Shown here: piece by piece, positions 1 through 10,930 of the stretch | How the letters are laid out: each line of letters begins with the position of its first letter | Position numbering within the stretch: position 1 is the first letter of the stretch | NCBI GenBank assembly: GCA_018334875.1 | Contig: JAGXLC010000001.1 | Location: 1-51,420, forward strand | Length of the DNA stretch: 51,420 bases | Reading direction: 5' to 3' | Origin: Bacteroidales bacterium | GTDB taxonomy: Bacteria; Bacteroidota; Bacteroidia; Bacteroidales; UBA12077 | The notes under the pieces: model-generated | The model's input: only the letters and a program-made list of their open reading frames with translations | Databases searched by the model: none | Told to the model about the DNA's origin: nothing | Position numbers and translations under genes: made by a program

Positions 1-93
1 TTAAAGAGTAAAGAAAGAAATAAAATCATTGTGTTTATTAAAATGTTGTAAAGTAAAATTTTTGCATTTTCTTTTTATTTTTGACTGTTAAAT

Positions 94-101
94 TAATTTT
101 G
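94..101 (+). promoter_or_regulatory. candidate Bacteroidota sigma-A -7 box (TAATTTTG = TAnnTTTG)
   Basis: Exact TAnnTTTG match lies 21-30 nt upstream of the ATGs at 122/131. No well-spaced -33 TTTG was found. Confidence 0.3.
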
Positions 102-121
102 TTGCAATAACCATTTAAAAT

Positions 122-1003
122 ATGTATGCTATGAAGAAGGTACTTTTCTTTGTCATTATGATTGCTTTTTCTTTCAGTGTATTCTCGCAAGACGAGGCAC
201 CAACTGTTCAGGAATTGAATGATTTTTTTAATACTCAGACTTATATTGTTTTAGATCCCAATCCAACTTCCTCCTATAATATCAGGCTGAAGGAGGCGAT
301 TAAAAACAGCTGGGATATAACTGATTATGAATTTATTGAGCGTAATGAATTTGAAGAGATGAGGAGCAATCCGGATCATTTCTTTTTAATTCCAAATTTT
401 GTTGTATTTGAAAGAGATAAAACCAAAGTACGGTATCGGTTTCTAAGTCTTTTGAAAGGAGATAGGAAGAATAATTTGAAGCAGATGACTTCATTATCTG
501 CCTTGCCACTCTCTTACCGGCAGGTGGATGAGGATTACTGGGTTTATAAACTGGATGTTGTTGTTAGGTTCATGCAGAGGCACTTGGAAAACATGAAGCA
601 GGATTCCGATATTATCGAAGAAGATCTGGACTATTATGAGAAAAATCTGGAAGATATCAAGGACAAAACACTTTATCTGATTGAGGATGAATTGGCCGAA
701 GAAGTAAATACAAGGGAGAAGATCGAAGAATATTATCCCTTTCCATTTAAGCTTGTGAGCAGGGATGAGTTAAAACAAGCCATTAAGGAAAAAAGGGAAG
801 ATGTGGTATTTTTACATAAAGTGGGACCCCAGGGTACAAGATACCGCGCCCGCTGTTATAAAATATTAATGGGAATAGAGGATGCCAGGATGTATTACTT
901 TGATTATCACAATATAAAAAAGGGGAGAAGACCTGACGGCCTTCTGGCAAAGGATCTCCGAAAAATCAAAACAAAAGCAGAAGGTGGAATATTTATTTTC
1001 TGA
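122..1003 (+). CDS. hypothetical secreted protein (no family recognised)
   Basis: 293-aa ORF. From the ATG at 131, MKKVLFFVIMIAFSFSVFSQ looks like a signal peptide. The stop lies 2 nt before the next CDS, so the two are probably co-transcribed. Confidence 0.6.
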   Translation: MYAMKKVLFFVIMIAFSFSVFSQDEAPTVQELNDFFNTQTYIVLDPNPTSSYNIRLKEAIKNSWDITDYEFIERNEFEEMRSNPDHFFLIPNFVVFERDKTKVRYRFLSLLKGDRKNNLKQMTSLSALPLSYRQVDEDYWVYKLDVVVRFMQRHLENMKQDSDIIEEDLDYYEKNLEDIKDKTLYLIEDELAEEVNTREKIEEYYPFPFKLVSRDELKQAIKEKREDVVFLHKVGPQGTRYRARCYKILMGIEDARMYYFDYHNIKKGRRPDGLLAKDLRKIKTKAEGGIFIF

Positions 1004-1005
1004 TT

Positions 1006-1728
1006 ATGCTTGAACAATATAATCCTGAAAAAATATTGTTTCTGGATATAGAAACCGTACCACGGTTTTCCTCATATAGTGATTTGCCGGAGAAAGAAGA
1101 GGAATTGTGGCAGAAAAAGGCCTCAAGGATTAGAGAGGATGAGGAGACGGCGGCGGATACATATTCAAAAGCCGGAATTTATGCCGAGTTTGGTAAAGTC
1201 ATATGTATTTCAGTTGGATTGATCGTTAATCGATCCGGTACATACGGAATTCGGGTTAAATCATTCTACGGCGATGATGAGAAAAATCTTCTGAGCGAAT
1301 TTACAGGCATGGTGAATAAATTTTCCAACAAATCGGATGTTTATCTATGTGCCCATAATGGAAAGGAATTTGATTTTCCTTATATAATCAGAAGATTGTT
1401 AATTAATGGGCTTCCTGTTCCGGAAATACTGAATGTTCCGGGTAAAAAGCCCTGGGAAGTACCATTTTTGGATACCATGGAATTGTGGAAGTTCGGGGAT
1501 TATAAAAATTATACCAGTCTCGACCTGCTTGCCTATAAATTCGACATTCCCACGCCCAAAGACGATATTGACGGAAGCATGGTCGGAAAAATATACTGGC
1601 AGGATCAGGATCTTTCCCGGATTGTACGTTATTGTGAAAAAGATGCCATGACAGTGGCCCAGCTATTTTTGCGTTATAAGGGGATGGATTTGATTGATCC
1701 GGAGCATGTCGAATATGTAACCGAATGA
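1006..1728 (+). CDS. 3'-5' exonuclease, RNase H-like fold (PolB-exonuclease-like DEDD family)
   Basis: Exo motifs are visible in the translation: LFLDIETVP, CAHNGKEFDFPYIIRR and YCEKDAMTVAQLF. Confidence 0.75.
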   Translation: MLEQYNPEKILFLDIETVPRFSSYSDLPEKEEELWQKKASRIREDEETAADTYSKAGIYAEFGKVICISVGLIVNRSGTYGIRVKSFYGDDEKNLLSEFTGMVNKFSNKSDVYLCAHNGKEFDFPYIIRRLLINGLPVPEILNVPGKKPWEVPFLDTMELWKFGDYKNYTSLDLLAYKFDIPTPKDDIDGSMVGKIYWQDQDLSRIVRYCEKDAMTVAQLFLRYKGMDLIDPEHVEYVTE

Positions 1729-1780
1729 TCGGTTTTATTCTGGTTGTGGATTTTATGACGGACCGGATTGATCATTGAAA

Positions 1781-2596
1781 TTATTCAACCGGAGAAAGAA
1801 AGTTCCTGACTGTTTCCAGAAACTTTTCTCTTTTTTCAGCATGTACCCAGTGCCCCGCATTTTCTATAGTCTGAATGCGGGCATGGGGGAAAATCTTCAA
1901 AATAGATTCCTTGTCTTTCTCCTGAATGTATTCGGATTTTTCGCCTTTAATAAACAATACGGGAAACGAAAAAATTTCCGTGTGGTTTTGGTGCTTGTCA
2001 GGATTCAGGCCGTCCAGAATAGAGGGCAACTCATTGCGCAAGGCTTTGAGGTTCAATAGCCATCTGAATGTTCCGTCCTTATCTCGTTTCAGGTTTTTCA
2101 ACAGGAATTGCCTCACCCTTTGATACGGTATGATTTCGGCTAAATAACTGTCGGCCTCTTTTAACGTGCTGATCTGGTTTAGATCCAGATTGTATAATGC
2201 GTTGATAATGTTTAAGTGATTCAGGGTGCCGGGATTTGATTTTGTCAACATCTGGTAGGCTGTAGGGGCAATATCCACTACAATCAGTTTACGAACCATT
2301 TCGGGGTAGTTCACTGCAAAGAAAAGGGCTGTTTTTCCTCCCATAGAATGCCCCATTATATTTGCTTTTTTTATGCCTTGGTTTTCCATGAACTCGAACA
2401 GGTCATCCCGCATTACATAATAGTTGTGCTTGTCACTATGGGGTGAATGCCCATGATTCCTCTGATCTACAAGATAAACCGAATGGAATTCCGAGAGGGT
2501 TTTACCTATATTCATCCAGTTGTCTGAGGAACCATACAGTCCATGCAGAATGATAAGCGGTTCTCCTTCCCCCATTTGTCTGAAATACAAATCCAT
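1781..2596 (-). CDS. alpha/beta-fold hydrolase (YbfF-like esterase)
   Basis: Oxyanion region ILHGLYGSSDNW, nucleophile elbow GHSMGG, C-terminal His in NAGHWVH. Confidence 0.8.
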   Translation of the reverse strand: MDLYFRQMGEGEPLIILHGLYGSSDNWMNIGKTLSEFHSVYLVDQRNHGHSPHSDKHNYYVMRDDLFEFMENQGIKKANIMGHSMGGKTALFFAVNYPEMVRKLIVVDIAPTAYQMLTKSNPGTLNHLNIINALYNLDLNQISTLKEADSYLAEIIPYQRVRQFLLKNLKRDKDGTFRWLLNLKALRNELPSILDGLNPDKHQNHTEIFSFPVLFIKGEKSEYIQEKDKESILKIFPHARIQTIENAGHWVHAEKREKFLETVRNFLSPVE

Positions 2597-2602
2597 AAAT
2601 CT

Positions 2603-3316
2603 TTACTTTAATTGTCTGAGATACAGTTGTATGGTATTTTCCAGTCCGTAATACAGAGCATCGGCTATCAGTGCATGGCCGATGGAGACCTCCAGTAATC
2701 CCGGAATATTTTCTTTAAAATAATGCAGGTTATCCAGATTCAGATCGTGGCCGGCATTCAGCCCCAGACCCTCTTCGTTGGCTATTTCCGCAGCCTTTAT
2801 AAAAGGAGCTATGGCTTCTTCCTTGTTTATGGGAAATTTCCTTGCATAAGGTTCCGTATAAAGTTCAACCCGGTCAGTACCCGTCTCAGTGGCATTTCTG
2901 ATCTGTTCGTGATCGGTTTCAATAAAAATGGAAGTCCTGATGTTGACAGAATGCAATTCTTTAATCACTTGCTTCAGAAAGTTCTTGTTGTTAATGGTGT
3001 CCCATCCCTGGTTAGAAGTCAGGTTATTCGGGGAGTCCGGTACCATTGTTACCTGGTCAGGCCTGACTTCTTTAACCAGTTGTAAAAAATTCTCCGAAGG
3101 ATAGCCCTCTATATTGAATTCGGTCGTTATTCCCGGTTTGATGTTCCTGACATCCTGGTAGCGTATATGCCTTTCGTCCGGCCTGGGATGTACCGTAATC
3201 CCCTGAGCTCCGAATCTTTCACAGTTTTTAGCCGCCTCCGGAACGTTTGGAATATTACCTCCCCTTGCATTTCTAAGTGTGGCAATTTTGTTTATATTTA
3301 CACTTAATCTTGTCAT
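2603..3316 (-). CDS. pdxJ: pyridoxine 5'-phosphate synthase
   Basis: N-terminus [17 protein letters not shown] and a length of 237 aa are typical of PdxJ. Confidence 0.9.
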   Translation of the reverse strand: MTRLSVNINKIATLRNARGGNIPNVPEAAKNCERFGAQGITVHPRPDERHIRYQDVRNIKPGITTEFNIEGYPSENFLQLVKEVRPDQVTMVPDSPNNLTSNQGWDTINNKNFLKQVIKELHSVNIRTSIFIETDHEQIRNATETGTDRVELYTEPYARKFPINKEEAIAPFIKAAEIANEEGLGLNAGHDLNLDNLHYFKENIPGLLEVSIGHALIADALYYGLENTIQLYLRQLK

Positions 3317-3399
3317 GATTTTTGCACGAATTAAAATAGAACAATTGAATGAAACGTTAGTTTAGAATTGCAAAATTAACGTTTTTAAAGAAACTTTAT

Positions 3400-4065
3400 A
3401 TGGTAGCCAAAGATTTAATTTCAGACGATATTGCTCCTGTTAAAACCTCTGATACGGGATTAGAGGCTTTAAACTGGATGGTTTTTTATAAAGTTTCCCA
3501 CCTCCCCATTGTTAATAACCAAAAATTGCTGGGATTAATAGCGGAAGACGATATATATGAATTGAACTCGCCGGAAGAACCCATTGGGAATCATCGACTT
3601 TCTCTTTTCAGGCCTTATGTTTATGCCAATCAGCATCCCTATGAAGTGCTTGAAGTGGCTTCAAGGTTGAGACTTACCGTGATTCCGGTTATCAGTGAGG
3701 AGGATGAATATATGGGGATGATCAAAATGGTGAACCTGATGCATTATTTTGCAAGGTTGTCAGCCATAGAAAAAAGCGGAGGAATCATAGTGCTTGATCT
3801 GCATATTAATGATTATTCATTAAGTGAAATTGCCCAGATCGTGGAATCAAACGATGCCAAAATACTGAGCCTGTATATCAAGTCTCAGCCCGATTCGGTT
3901 CGGATTGAAGTTACACTTAAATTGAATGTTTCTGATCTTACCTCCATTATCCAGACGTTCAATCGGTATGATTATGAGGTAAAAGCCTCGTTTATGGAAG
4001 TTGACCAGCAGGAGGACCTGTATAACTCCCGCTTCGATCATCTGATGCGATATTTGAATACTTAA
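3400..4065 (+). CDS. CBS domain-containing protein
   Basis: Tandem CBS-like segments (HLPIVNNQKLLGLIAEDDI; VIPVISEEDEYMGMIKMVNL). Sits between pdxJ and nadK, a position I recall as typical in Bacteroidota. Confidence 0.7.
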   Translation: MVAKDLISDDIAPVKTSDTGLEALNWMVFYKVSHLPIVNNQKLLGLIAEDDIYELNSPEEPIGNHRLSLFRPYVYANQHPYEVLEVASRLRLTVIPVISEEDEYMGMIKMVNLMHYFARLSAIEKSGGIIVLDLHINDYSLSEIAQIVESNDAKILSLYIKSQPDSVRIEVTLKLNVSDLTSIIQTFNRYDYEVKASFMEVDQQEDLYNSRFDHLMRYLNT

Positions 4066-4087
4066 AATCTGTTAAATCATTACCATT

Positions 4088-4978
4088 ATGAAAGTTGCTG
4101 TTTATGGCAGAACATTTGATCAGAGTTTTCTCCGTTACATCCAGGATTTTTTTCAGCTTCTGAATCATTATGGCTTCCAAATAGATGTTTATCGGGATTT
4201 TTTATCTTACATGATTGATCGGTACCAGTTTCATCCGTCAGTAAACAACACTTTTACCGGATATAAAGATATTGATGAGAAAATGGACTTTCTTATCAGC
4301 ATAGGGGGAGATGGCACATTGCTGGATACCGTGTCTTTGGTTAGAGAAACCGATATTCCTGTTATTGGTATCAATACAGGGAAATTGGGATTCCTGGCAA
4401 ATATAGCCAAAGAAGAAATTTCGCAAGCAGTAGAATCCCTGTATTATAGCAAATACACGGTTGAGAAGCGTTCCTTGCTTTATCTGACTTCCGGGGATGC
4501 CATCTTTCCGGAATTCAGTTATGCATTGAATGACATGACCATACAGAAAAAAGATTCTCAAATGGTTACCGTTCATGTTTATCTGAACGGAAAATATTTA
4601 AACACTTATTGGGCTGATGGATTGATTATTGCCACTCCTACCGGCTCAACGGCATACTCTTTAAGTGTGGGAGGCCCCATTGTTTTACCTAATACTCAAG
4701 ATTTTATTATTTCTCCTATTGCACCCCATAACCTTACGGTACGTCCTATCGTAGTATCTGATGATAGTGAAATTGTATTGAAACCGGAGTGTCGTTCTTC
4801 AAAATATCTGATATCCATGGATCACCGTTCAGCAATTGTCAATAAGATAATGAACATTACAGTGAAAAAAGCCGGGTTTTCCATGCAAGTCCTTCGGCTG
4901 GACAATGCAGATTTTAATACAACTTTGAGGAATAAGCTGATGTGGGGGGTTGATACAAGAAATTATTCAGAAAAATGA
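4088..4978 (+). CDS. nadK: NAD+ kinase
   Basis: GGDGTLL motif, NTGKLGFL, and STAYSLSVGGPIV. Confidence 0.9.
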   Translation: MKVAVYGRTFDQSFLRYIQDFFQLLNHYGFQIDVYRDFLSYMIDRYQFHPSVNNTFTGYKDIDEKMDFLISIGGDGTLLDTVSLVRETDIPVIGINTGKLGFLANIAKEEISQAVESLYYSKYTVEKRSLLYLTSGDAIFPEFSYALNDMTIQKKDSQMVTVHVYLNGKYLNTYWADGLIIATPTGSTAYSLSVGGPIVLPNTQDFIISPIAPHNLTVRPIVVSDDSEIVLKPECRSSKYLISMDHRSAIVNKIMNITVKKAGFSMQVLRLDNADFNTTLRNKLMWGVDTRNYSEK

Positions 4979-5059
4979 AAATAATCTTTATAATTGTATT
5001 GTTTTTTAATAATGAAGTACCATGTTTATTGGTAAAATCAGGTAAAAGGATTTAATAAC

Positions 5060-5803
5060 ATGAGAAAGGCATTGAAGTATATTACATTGATCATCATCTT
5101 ACTGTTACCGTTAACCTCCTTTTCTCAGAAATGGAAACTGCGCAGGACCGAATTAATTGTGGGTTTTGGAGGAACCGATTACTACGGTGATATTGAAAAA
5201 AGGAGCGGTTTTCCTGGTCTGAGAGCCGTCAATTTATCTTATGTTCGCCCAAATGTTAGTATTGGCGGCAGGTATAGGTTAACTGAAAGGGAAAACATAA
5301 AAGGGAAACTCACGTTTGGTTATCTGGAAGGTTCGGATGAAGGTACTGAAAATGCTTCAAGAAACTATGCCTTCATCACTTCATTGTATGAATTCAGTGC
5401 ACGATATGAATATTCCGTTATACCCGAAAACATCCCTGTTAATTATTCATTGGGAAACTTTGGGGATGGATTGAAAAGTAACAAAGCCAATTTAAATACC
5501 TATTTTTTTGGTGGGCTTGGTGGCAGTTATTTTGAACCTTTGCCTAAAGCTGAGCTGGATGGGAGTGATCGCTTTGATAACGGTACCAATTTTGCCCTGG
5601 TTGTCCCCATAGGGGCTGGAATTAAATATCCCTTAAGCAATAACATCCTGTTGGGTCTGGAAATAGGCCGTCGTTTCACCACCACGGATCTTATTGATGG
5701 TTATACTTCCAAATATTCAAACTGGCCGGATTCATACTATTTCTCCTCATTAAACGTTATAATGAAAATTGAAAACTATTCTAACAGAGGGTTCACACCA
5801 TAA
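5060..5803 (+). CDS. outer-membrane beta-barrel protein (DUF6089-like)
   Basis: Signal peptide ending SFSQ, alternating beta-strand pattern, GGTDYYGDI motif. It is a paralogue of the next ORF. Confidence 0.6.
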   Translation: MRKALKYITLIIILLLPLTSFSQKWKLRRTELIVGFGGTDYYGDIEKRSGFPGLRAVNLSYVRPNVSIGGRYRLTERENIKGKLTFGYLEGSDEGTENASRNYAFITSLYEFSARYEYSVIPENIPVNYSLGNFGDGLKSNKANLNTYFFGGLGGSYFEPLPKAELDGSDRFDNGTNFALVVPIGAGIKYPLSNNILLGLEIGRRFTTTDLIDGYTSKYSNWPDSYYFSSLNVIMKIENYSNRGFTP

Positions 5804-5813
5804 CGGGCGTTCA

Positions 5814-6482
5814 ATGAGTAGATTAATTCTTCTTATTGTTTTTTACTTTTTTTTAACAGGCATTTATGCTCAGGATGATTTAGCCATCGGCTTCTATGGG
5901 GGAACTTCCCATTATATGGGGGATATGAATAAAACCAACCCGTTTTTTGCCCCTTCGCCGGCCATCGGATTGGGGATCAAGTCGGATCAGAATTTGCGCT
6001 ATTCATTTCAGCTTATGGGTTCCTATAATCCGCTCAGAGGAAGTACGAAATATGTGGAACGGTATAATTTACCAACAGATGGGGATATAAGTTCATTCAG
6101 TAACCGTCAGGTAGATCTGTCGCTGACGGCTGAATTCAATTTCTTCCCATACGAGAGCTACAACATCAAAAAGCGTAATTTCACCCCCTTTGTTTTTGCA
6201 GGAGTGGGTATCAGTCATTTCCCGAATGATCTGTCAAATAAATTTCCGGTTACAATTCCTTTTGGATTGGGAATTAAATATAATATCTTTGAACGCTTTT
6301 CGATAGGAATAAAGTGGACAGCAAAAAAAATCTTTTATGACAATATGGATGGGGTTGTTAATGTTTCAGAAGTAGGGAATCAATCGTTAATACATAACGA
6401 TGATTGGTACCATCACGGCTTTCTTTTTGTGACGTTTAAACCTTTTAGAGAACAAATTCCATGTCCCACTTATGAGGAATAA
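5814..6482 (+). CDS. outer-membrane beta-barrel protein (DUF6089-like), tandem paralogue
   Basis: The ORF opens at 5769, but the signal peptide MSRLILLIVFYFFLTGIYAQ starts at the ATG at 5814. The GGTSHYMGDMN motif parallels the upstream paralogue. Confidence 0.6.
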   Translation: MSRLILLIVFYFFLTGIYAQDDLAIGFYGGTSHYMGDMNKTNPFFAPSPAIGLGIKSDQNLRYSFQLMGSYNPLRGSTKYVERYNLPTDGDISSFSNRQVDLSLTAEFNFFPYESYNIKKRNFTPFVFAGVGISHFPNDLSNKFPVTIPFGLGIKYNIFERFSIGIKWTAKKIFYDNMDGVVNVSEVGNQSLIHNDDWYHHGFLFVTFKPFREQIPCPTYEE

Positions 6483-6497
6483 CTTTTTGATGGATCT

Positions 6498-7283
6498 ATG
6501 GCTACAAAAGAACAAATAAATAAGGAAAGATTACCACGGCATATAGCCGTCATTATGGACGGCAATGGTCGATGGGCTAAGAAAAGAGGTAACCAGCGAA
6601 TTTTTGGACATAAGAACGGAGTAAAATCGGTGCGCGAAACGGTGGAAGCCGCAGCAGAGTTGGGGGTTTCCTACATTACTTTATATGCATTTTCCCGGGA
6701 AAACTGGAACCGTCCCAATCGCGAGATCGATGCACTGATGTCATTGTTGATTTCCACCATTGATAGTGAAATCAAAACCCTTATGGAAAATAACATCCGT
6801 TTGTTATCTATTGGTGATCTTGCGGGACTTCCGGAGAAGGTTCAGGAGAAGATCAAAGAAGCCAAGCAGAAGACTTCCGGGAATAAAGGATTACGGCTTG
6901 TATTGGCATTGAATTACAGTGCACGCTGGGAATTGGCTGAAGCCATGAAGCATTTCGGGCATGATGTGAAGCAGGGAAACACAGATGCCAATCTTGATAT
7001 TGAAACCGCTAAAAAATATTTGGAAACCAAAGAAATACCCGATCCCGATCTTTTGATCAGGACCAGCGGAGAACGCCGGCTCAGCAATTTTTTATTGTGG
7101 CAGATGGCTTATACAGAATTATATTTTACAGAAGTACTTTGGCCCGATTTTAGAAAGGAAAATTTTTATGAGGCAATTGTAAACTACCAAAACAGGGAGA
7201 GAAGGTTTGGAAAAACAAGTGATCAGCTCGATGACCCGCAAAAGTCGAATAAAAAGAAAAACAATGCAGCCCATTATGGTTAA
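6498..7283 (+). CDS. uppS: isoprenyl transferase / undecaprenyl-diphosphate synthase
   Basis: HIAVIMDGNGRWAK and RTSGERRLSNFLLWQ motifs. Has a short basic C-terminal tail. Confidence 0.92.
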   Translation: MATKEQINKERLPRHIAVIMDGNGRWAKKRGNQRIFGHKNGVKSVRETVEAAAELGVSYITLYAFSRENWNRPNREIDALMSLLISTIDSEIKTLMENNIRLLSIGDLAGLPEKVQEKIKEAKQKTSGNKGLRLVLALNYSARWELAEAMKHFGHDVKQGNTDANLDIETAKKYLETKEIPDPDLLIRTSGERRLSNFLLWQMAYTELYFTEVLWPDFRKENFYEAIVNYQNRERRFGKTSDQLDDPQKSNKKKNNAAHYG

Positions 7284-9780
7284 GAAGATTGCGTTTATAT
7301 TAGGCTTATTTATATTTCTGCAGAACATTGCTTTATCACAGGAAACGAAAACGGATTATGAGGTGTTTGATTATTCAGACCCTCAGGAATACTATATCAA
7401 GTCAATTGATGTGGAAGGCGTAAGATACCTGGATAAGCAAATTCTGGCAAACCTTTCAGGTTTAAGGCAGGGAGAGCGAATAACCATTCCCGGTGAAAGA
7501 ATTACCCAAGCCATAAATAACCTTTGGTCACAGGGATTGTTCTCAGATGTCAAGATTTTTACCCGGGAAATAAATAAAGATTCCGTTTCCCTGGCAATAC
7601 ATCTTCAGGAACAACCCCGGCTTTCAGCCTTTGATATTACGGGTGTTCGTAACCGGGAAGAAAAAGACATCCGGGAAGAGCTTAAGCTGAATCAGGGAAG
7701 CCAGGTCAACCGTAATGTGATTAACAACATCAAAGAAACCATCCAGGAATATTTCTACGATAAAAAATACCTGAACACGGAAATACAGGTAACCAAGGTG
7801 GATGATACCACCCGCAACAACCGGGTGGCTCTAAATATCAATGTGGATAAGAACGAGAAGGTGAAGATCAAGGACATCACTTTCTCAGGCAATGAGGTTT
7901 TTGACGACGGTGAATTGAGAAGGGCCATGGAGCATACCCATAAAAAGAACTGGAATATTTTCCAGGGCTCAAAATTTCTTCCCGATAAATATGAAGAAGA
8001 TAAGGAGATTGTTCTGGACAAATACAGGGAGAATGGTTACCGGGATGCCCGTATCGTAGATGATACCGTTTATGCAGTGAGTGAAGACCGCATTAAGATT
8101 CATATGGAAATTCATGAAGGCAAACAATATTTCTTCGGCGATATCAACTGGACCGGAAATACAGTTTATCCTTCGGGGATGCTCATGCAAAGGCTTAAAA
8201 TAGATAAAGGAGATCCTTTTGATATGGCTTTATTAAATGAGCGGATTAATGCGGCGGAAGATGCTGTGGGCAATTTGTATATGGATAACGGATATTTGTT
8301 TTTCAATGCCAACCCCGTTATATCAAAGATAGAAGAAGATTCGGTGAATATTGAAGTCAGAATACGGGAAGGGAAACAGGCCCAACTGAACAGGGTCATT
8401 ATCGAAGGCAATACCAAAACCAATGAACATGTGGTACGGAGAGAATTGAGGACTCAACCGGGTGATCTTTTTAACAGATCAGCCATCCAGAGGTCCCAGA
8501 GGGAATTGGCTCAACTGGGTCATTTTGATCCCGAACAGATGGGTATTGAGCCCATTAATATCAACCAGTCCAGGGGTGAAGTCGACCTGAATTATTCATT
8601 GGTGGAAAAGCCCAACGACCAGCTTGAAATATCCGGAGGCTGGGGTGCCGGTATGTTTGTTGGTACCATAGGAATTACCTTTAATAATTTTTCCGCCCGG
8701 CGGCTTTTTGAGAAAGATGCCTGGAAGCCTGTTCCTTCAGGAGACGGCCAGACTTTATCTGTTCGTGCAAGAACCAACGGAAGTTATTATCAAAACTATA
8801 GCATCTCTTTTCAAGAACCCTGGCTGGGTGGCAAAAAACCAAATAATTTTTCCGTTTCAGCCTATCGTTCGATACAAAATACTGCGGGTTACATTGGTAG
8901 ATACTTTCGGGGGGGGTCCACCAATGAATCTTCTTTTAAAATCACCGGCGGATCTGTCGGACTGCGGCAAAGGCTTGAATGGCCGGATGACTATTTTATC
9001 TTAAGCAATTCATTGAGCTATGAGCGATATAACCTGAACGATTGGACCAGAGGCCGCTTTATTATGCAAGATGGTATATCAAATAACTTGAGTTTTAGTA
9101 CCACTTTCGGAAGAAACTCCGTATCTCAGCCGATTTATCCCCGGAGTGGTTCAAAGTTCATGCTTACACTGAAAATTACCCCGCCATATTCCATGTTTAC
9201 AGACATCAATTACAAAACGGCTACCCAAGCAGAGAAATATGAGTGGGTCGAATATCATAAATGGACATATAAAGGCGAGTGGTACCAAAGATTGTTTGAC
9301 GATTTAGTATTGGCTATCAACACAGAGTTCGGCTACCTGGGATATTACAATCCGGATATAGGCCACAGTCCGTTTGGTACCTTTGATGTTGGAGGTGACG
9401 GTATATCAGGCTACAATTTATATGGACGCGAAACCATTGCATTACGCGGATATGAGAATAGTTCACTGACACCTATTGTGGATAATAAAAAAGCAGGTAA
9501 TATTTACGAAAGAAACTATATGGAGCTGAGGTATCCCGTATCACTAAAACGGCAGGCCACCATTTACGTATTGGCCTTTGCCGAGGCGGGGAATGCCTGG
9601 TTTAACTTTGATGAGTTCGATCCTTTATCGCTGAAAAGATCTGCAGGAATCGGCCTGAGGGCCTTTCTCCCCATGTTCGGACTATTGGGAATCGACTGGG
9701 GTTACGGATTTGATGATATACCGGGCAGGCCCGACGCAAGCGGTGGACAGTTCCATTTTGTGATCGGACAGCAATTTTAA
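7264..9780 (+). CDS. bamA: outer membrane protein assembly factor BamA
   Basis: ~840 aa with POTRA-like repeats followed by an Omp85 barrel ending HFVIGQQF. The ORF opens at 7207; the ATG at 7264 or 7276 precedes the signal peptide and overlaps the uppS stop. Confidence 0.9.
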   Translation: MQPIMVKKIAFILGLFIFLQNIALSQETKTDYEVFDYSDPQEYYIKSIDVEGVRYLDKQILANLSGLRQGERITIPGERITQAINNLWSQGLFSDVKIFTREINKDSVSLAIHLQEQPRLSAFDITGVRNREEKDIREELKLNQGSQVNRNVINNIKETIQEYFYDKKYLNTEIQVTKVDDTTRNNRVALNINVDKNEKVKIKDITFSGNEVFDDGELRRAMEHTHKKNWNIFQGSKFLPDKYEEDKEIVLDKYRENGYRDARIVDDTVYAVSEDRIKIHMEIHEGKQYFFGDINWTGNTVYPSGMLMQRLKIDKGDPFDMALLNERINAAEDAVGNLYMDNGYLFFNANPVISKIEEDSVNIEVRIREGKQAQLNRVIIEGNTKTNEHVVRRELRTQPGDLFNRSAIQRSQRELAQLGHFDPEQMGIEPININQSRGEVDLNYSLVEKPNDQLEISGGWGAGMFVGTIGITFNNFSARRLFEKDAWKPVPSGDGQTLSVRARTNGSYYQNYSISFQEPWLGGKKPNNFSVSAYRSIQNTAGYIGRYFRGGSTNESSFKITGGSVGLRQRLEWPDDYFILSNSLSYERYNLNDWTRGRFIMQDGISNNLSFSTTFGRNSVSQPIYPRSGSKFMLTLKITPPYSMFTDINYKTATQAEKYEWVEYHKWTYKGEWYQRLFDDLVLAINTEFGYLGYYNPDIGHSPFGTFDVGGDGISGYNLYGRETIALRGYENSSLTPIVDNKKAGNIYERNYMELRYPVSLKRQATIYVLAFAEAGNAWFNFDEFDPLSLKRSAGIGLRAFLPMFGLLGIDWGYGFDDIPGRPDASGGQFHFVIGQQF

Positions 9781-9790
9781 GGTTGAGGCT

Positions 9791-10303
9791 ATGCGGAAAT
9801 CAATGCTCATATTTTTGTTGATTTGTATTGGCTCCGTAACATACGCACAAAGATATGCTTATGTGAATACCGAATATATTTTGACCAACATCCCTGCTTA
9901 TAATGCCGCTCAGGAAAAGCTGGACCAACTTTCCTATGAATGGCAGCAGGAGCTTGAAACAAAAAAGGAAGAGCTGGATGAGATGGAGAAGGAGTTTCAA
10001 AGCGAAAAAGTGTTGCTTACAGATGAAATGAAGCAAAGGAGACAAGAAGAAATCAATAAAAAGAGAGAGGAAATACAGAAATTGCAGAGGAAATATTTTG
10101 GCCCGAAGGGTGAGCTTTATCAGAAAAGACAGGATTTGGTGCAGCCCATACAGGAAGAAGTATATAGTGCTATTGAAAACATTGCCAGCAGAGGTAACTA
10201 TGCGGTGATTTTTGATGCCGCAGGTAAGTCAAATATGCTCTATACCGATCCGAATTATGACAAAAGCGATGATGTTCTGCAAGAATTGGGATATAAAAAT
10301 TAA
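9791..10303 (+). CDS. OmpH/Skp family periplasmic chaperone
   Basis: 170 aa, signal peptide, charged coiled-coil middle region, directly downstream of bamA. Confidence 0.85.
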   Translation: MRKSMLIFLLICIGSVTYAQRYAYVNTEYILTNIPAYNAAQEKLDQLSYEWQQELETKKEELDEMEKEFQSEKVLLTDEMKQRRQEEINKKREEIQKLQRKYFGPKGELYQKRQDLVQPIQEEVYSAIENIASRGNYAVIFDAAGKSNMLYTDPNYDKSDDVLQELGYKN

Positions 10304-10344
10304 ATTCATCAATTAATTAATCAATATTTAAAAACCAGTAAATT

Positions 10345-10863
10345 ATGAAGCGAGTTGTTTTATCATTATTATTAATAGCGTTTGTTTTTCCTGCTGTTAG
10401 TTTTGCACAGTCTCAGGAGTTAAAATTCGGGCACATTAATGTATCCGAGCTTATGAGTATGATGCCTGAAAGAGACAGCATCCAAAAGGAGATGCAGGAA
10501 TACCAAAAAATGCTTCAGCGGGAGATGCAAACCATGCAGCAGGAATATTCGCAAAAATTGCAGCAATACCAGAAAAATCGAACCAATTATTCGGAAATGG
10601 TAAGGAAATCCAAGGAAAAGGAGCTGCAACAAATGCAAGGCCGGATACAGGAGTTTCAGTCAACTGCTCAGCAAGATATGCAGCAGAAACAGCAGGAATT
10701 GATGGAACCCCTGATGAATAAGATCGAAAATGCCATACAGCGTGTTGGAGAAGAAAATGGCTATATTTATATCTTCGATACCAGCGCAGGCGCTATCGTT
10801 TATCAGTCCGACCAAAGCGAAAATGTGATGCCGCTTGTTCAGAAAGAGCTCGGGCTACAGTAG
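10345..10863 (+). CDS. OmpH/Skp family periplasmic chaperone (second copy)
   Basis: 172 aa, signal peptide, Q/E/K-rich coiled-coil, C-terminal YIYIFD core. Tandem to the first copy. Confidence 0.85.
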   Translation: MKRVVLSLLLIAFVFPAVSFAQSQELKFGHINVSELMSMMPERDSIQKEMQEYQKMLQREMQTMQQEYSQKLQQYQKNRTNYSEMVRKSKEKELQQMQGRIQEFQSTAQQDMQQKQQELMEPLMNKIENAIQRVGEENGYIYIFDTSAGAIVYQSDQSENVMPLVQKELGLQ

Positions 10864-10887
10864 TAGTTAATGAATGGTAGAATAATA

Positions 10888-10915
10888 GGCCATCTCACGG
10901 GATGGTCTTTTTTTT
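10888..10915 (+). terminator. rho-independent terminator after the ompH pair
   Basis: GGCCATC / GATGGTC 7-bp stem (one G-U), 6-nt loop, followed by T8. Confidence 0.7.
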
Positions 10916-10930
10916 CATTTTGGACATCTC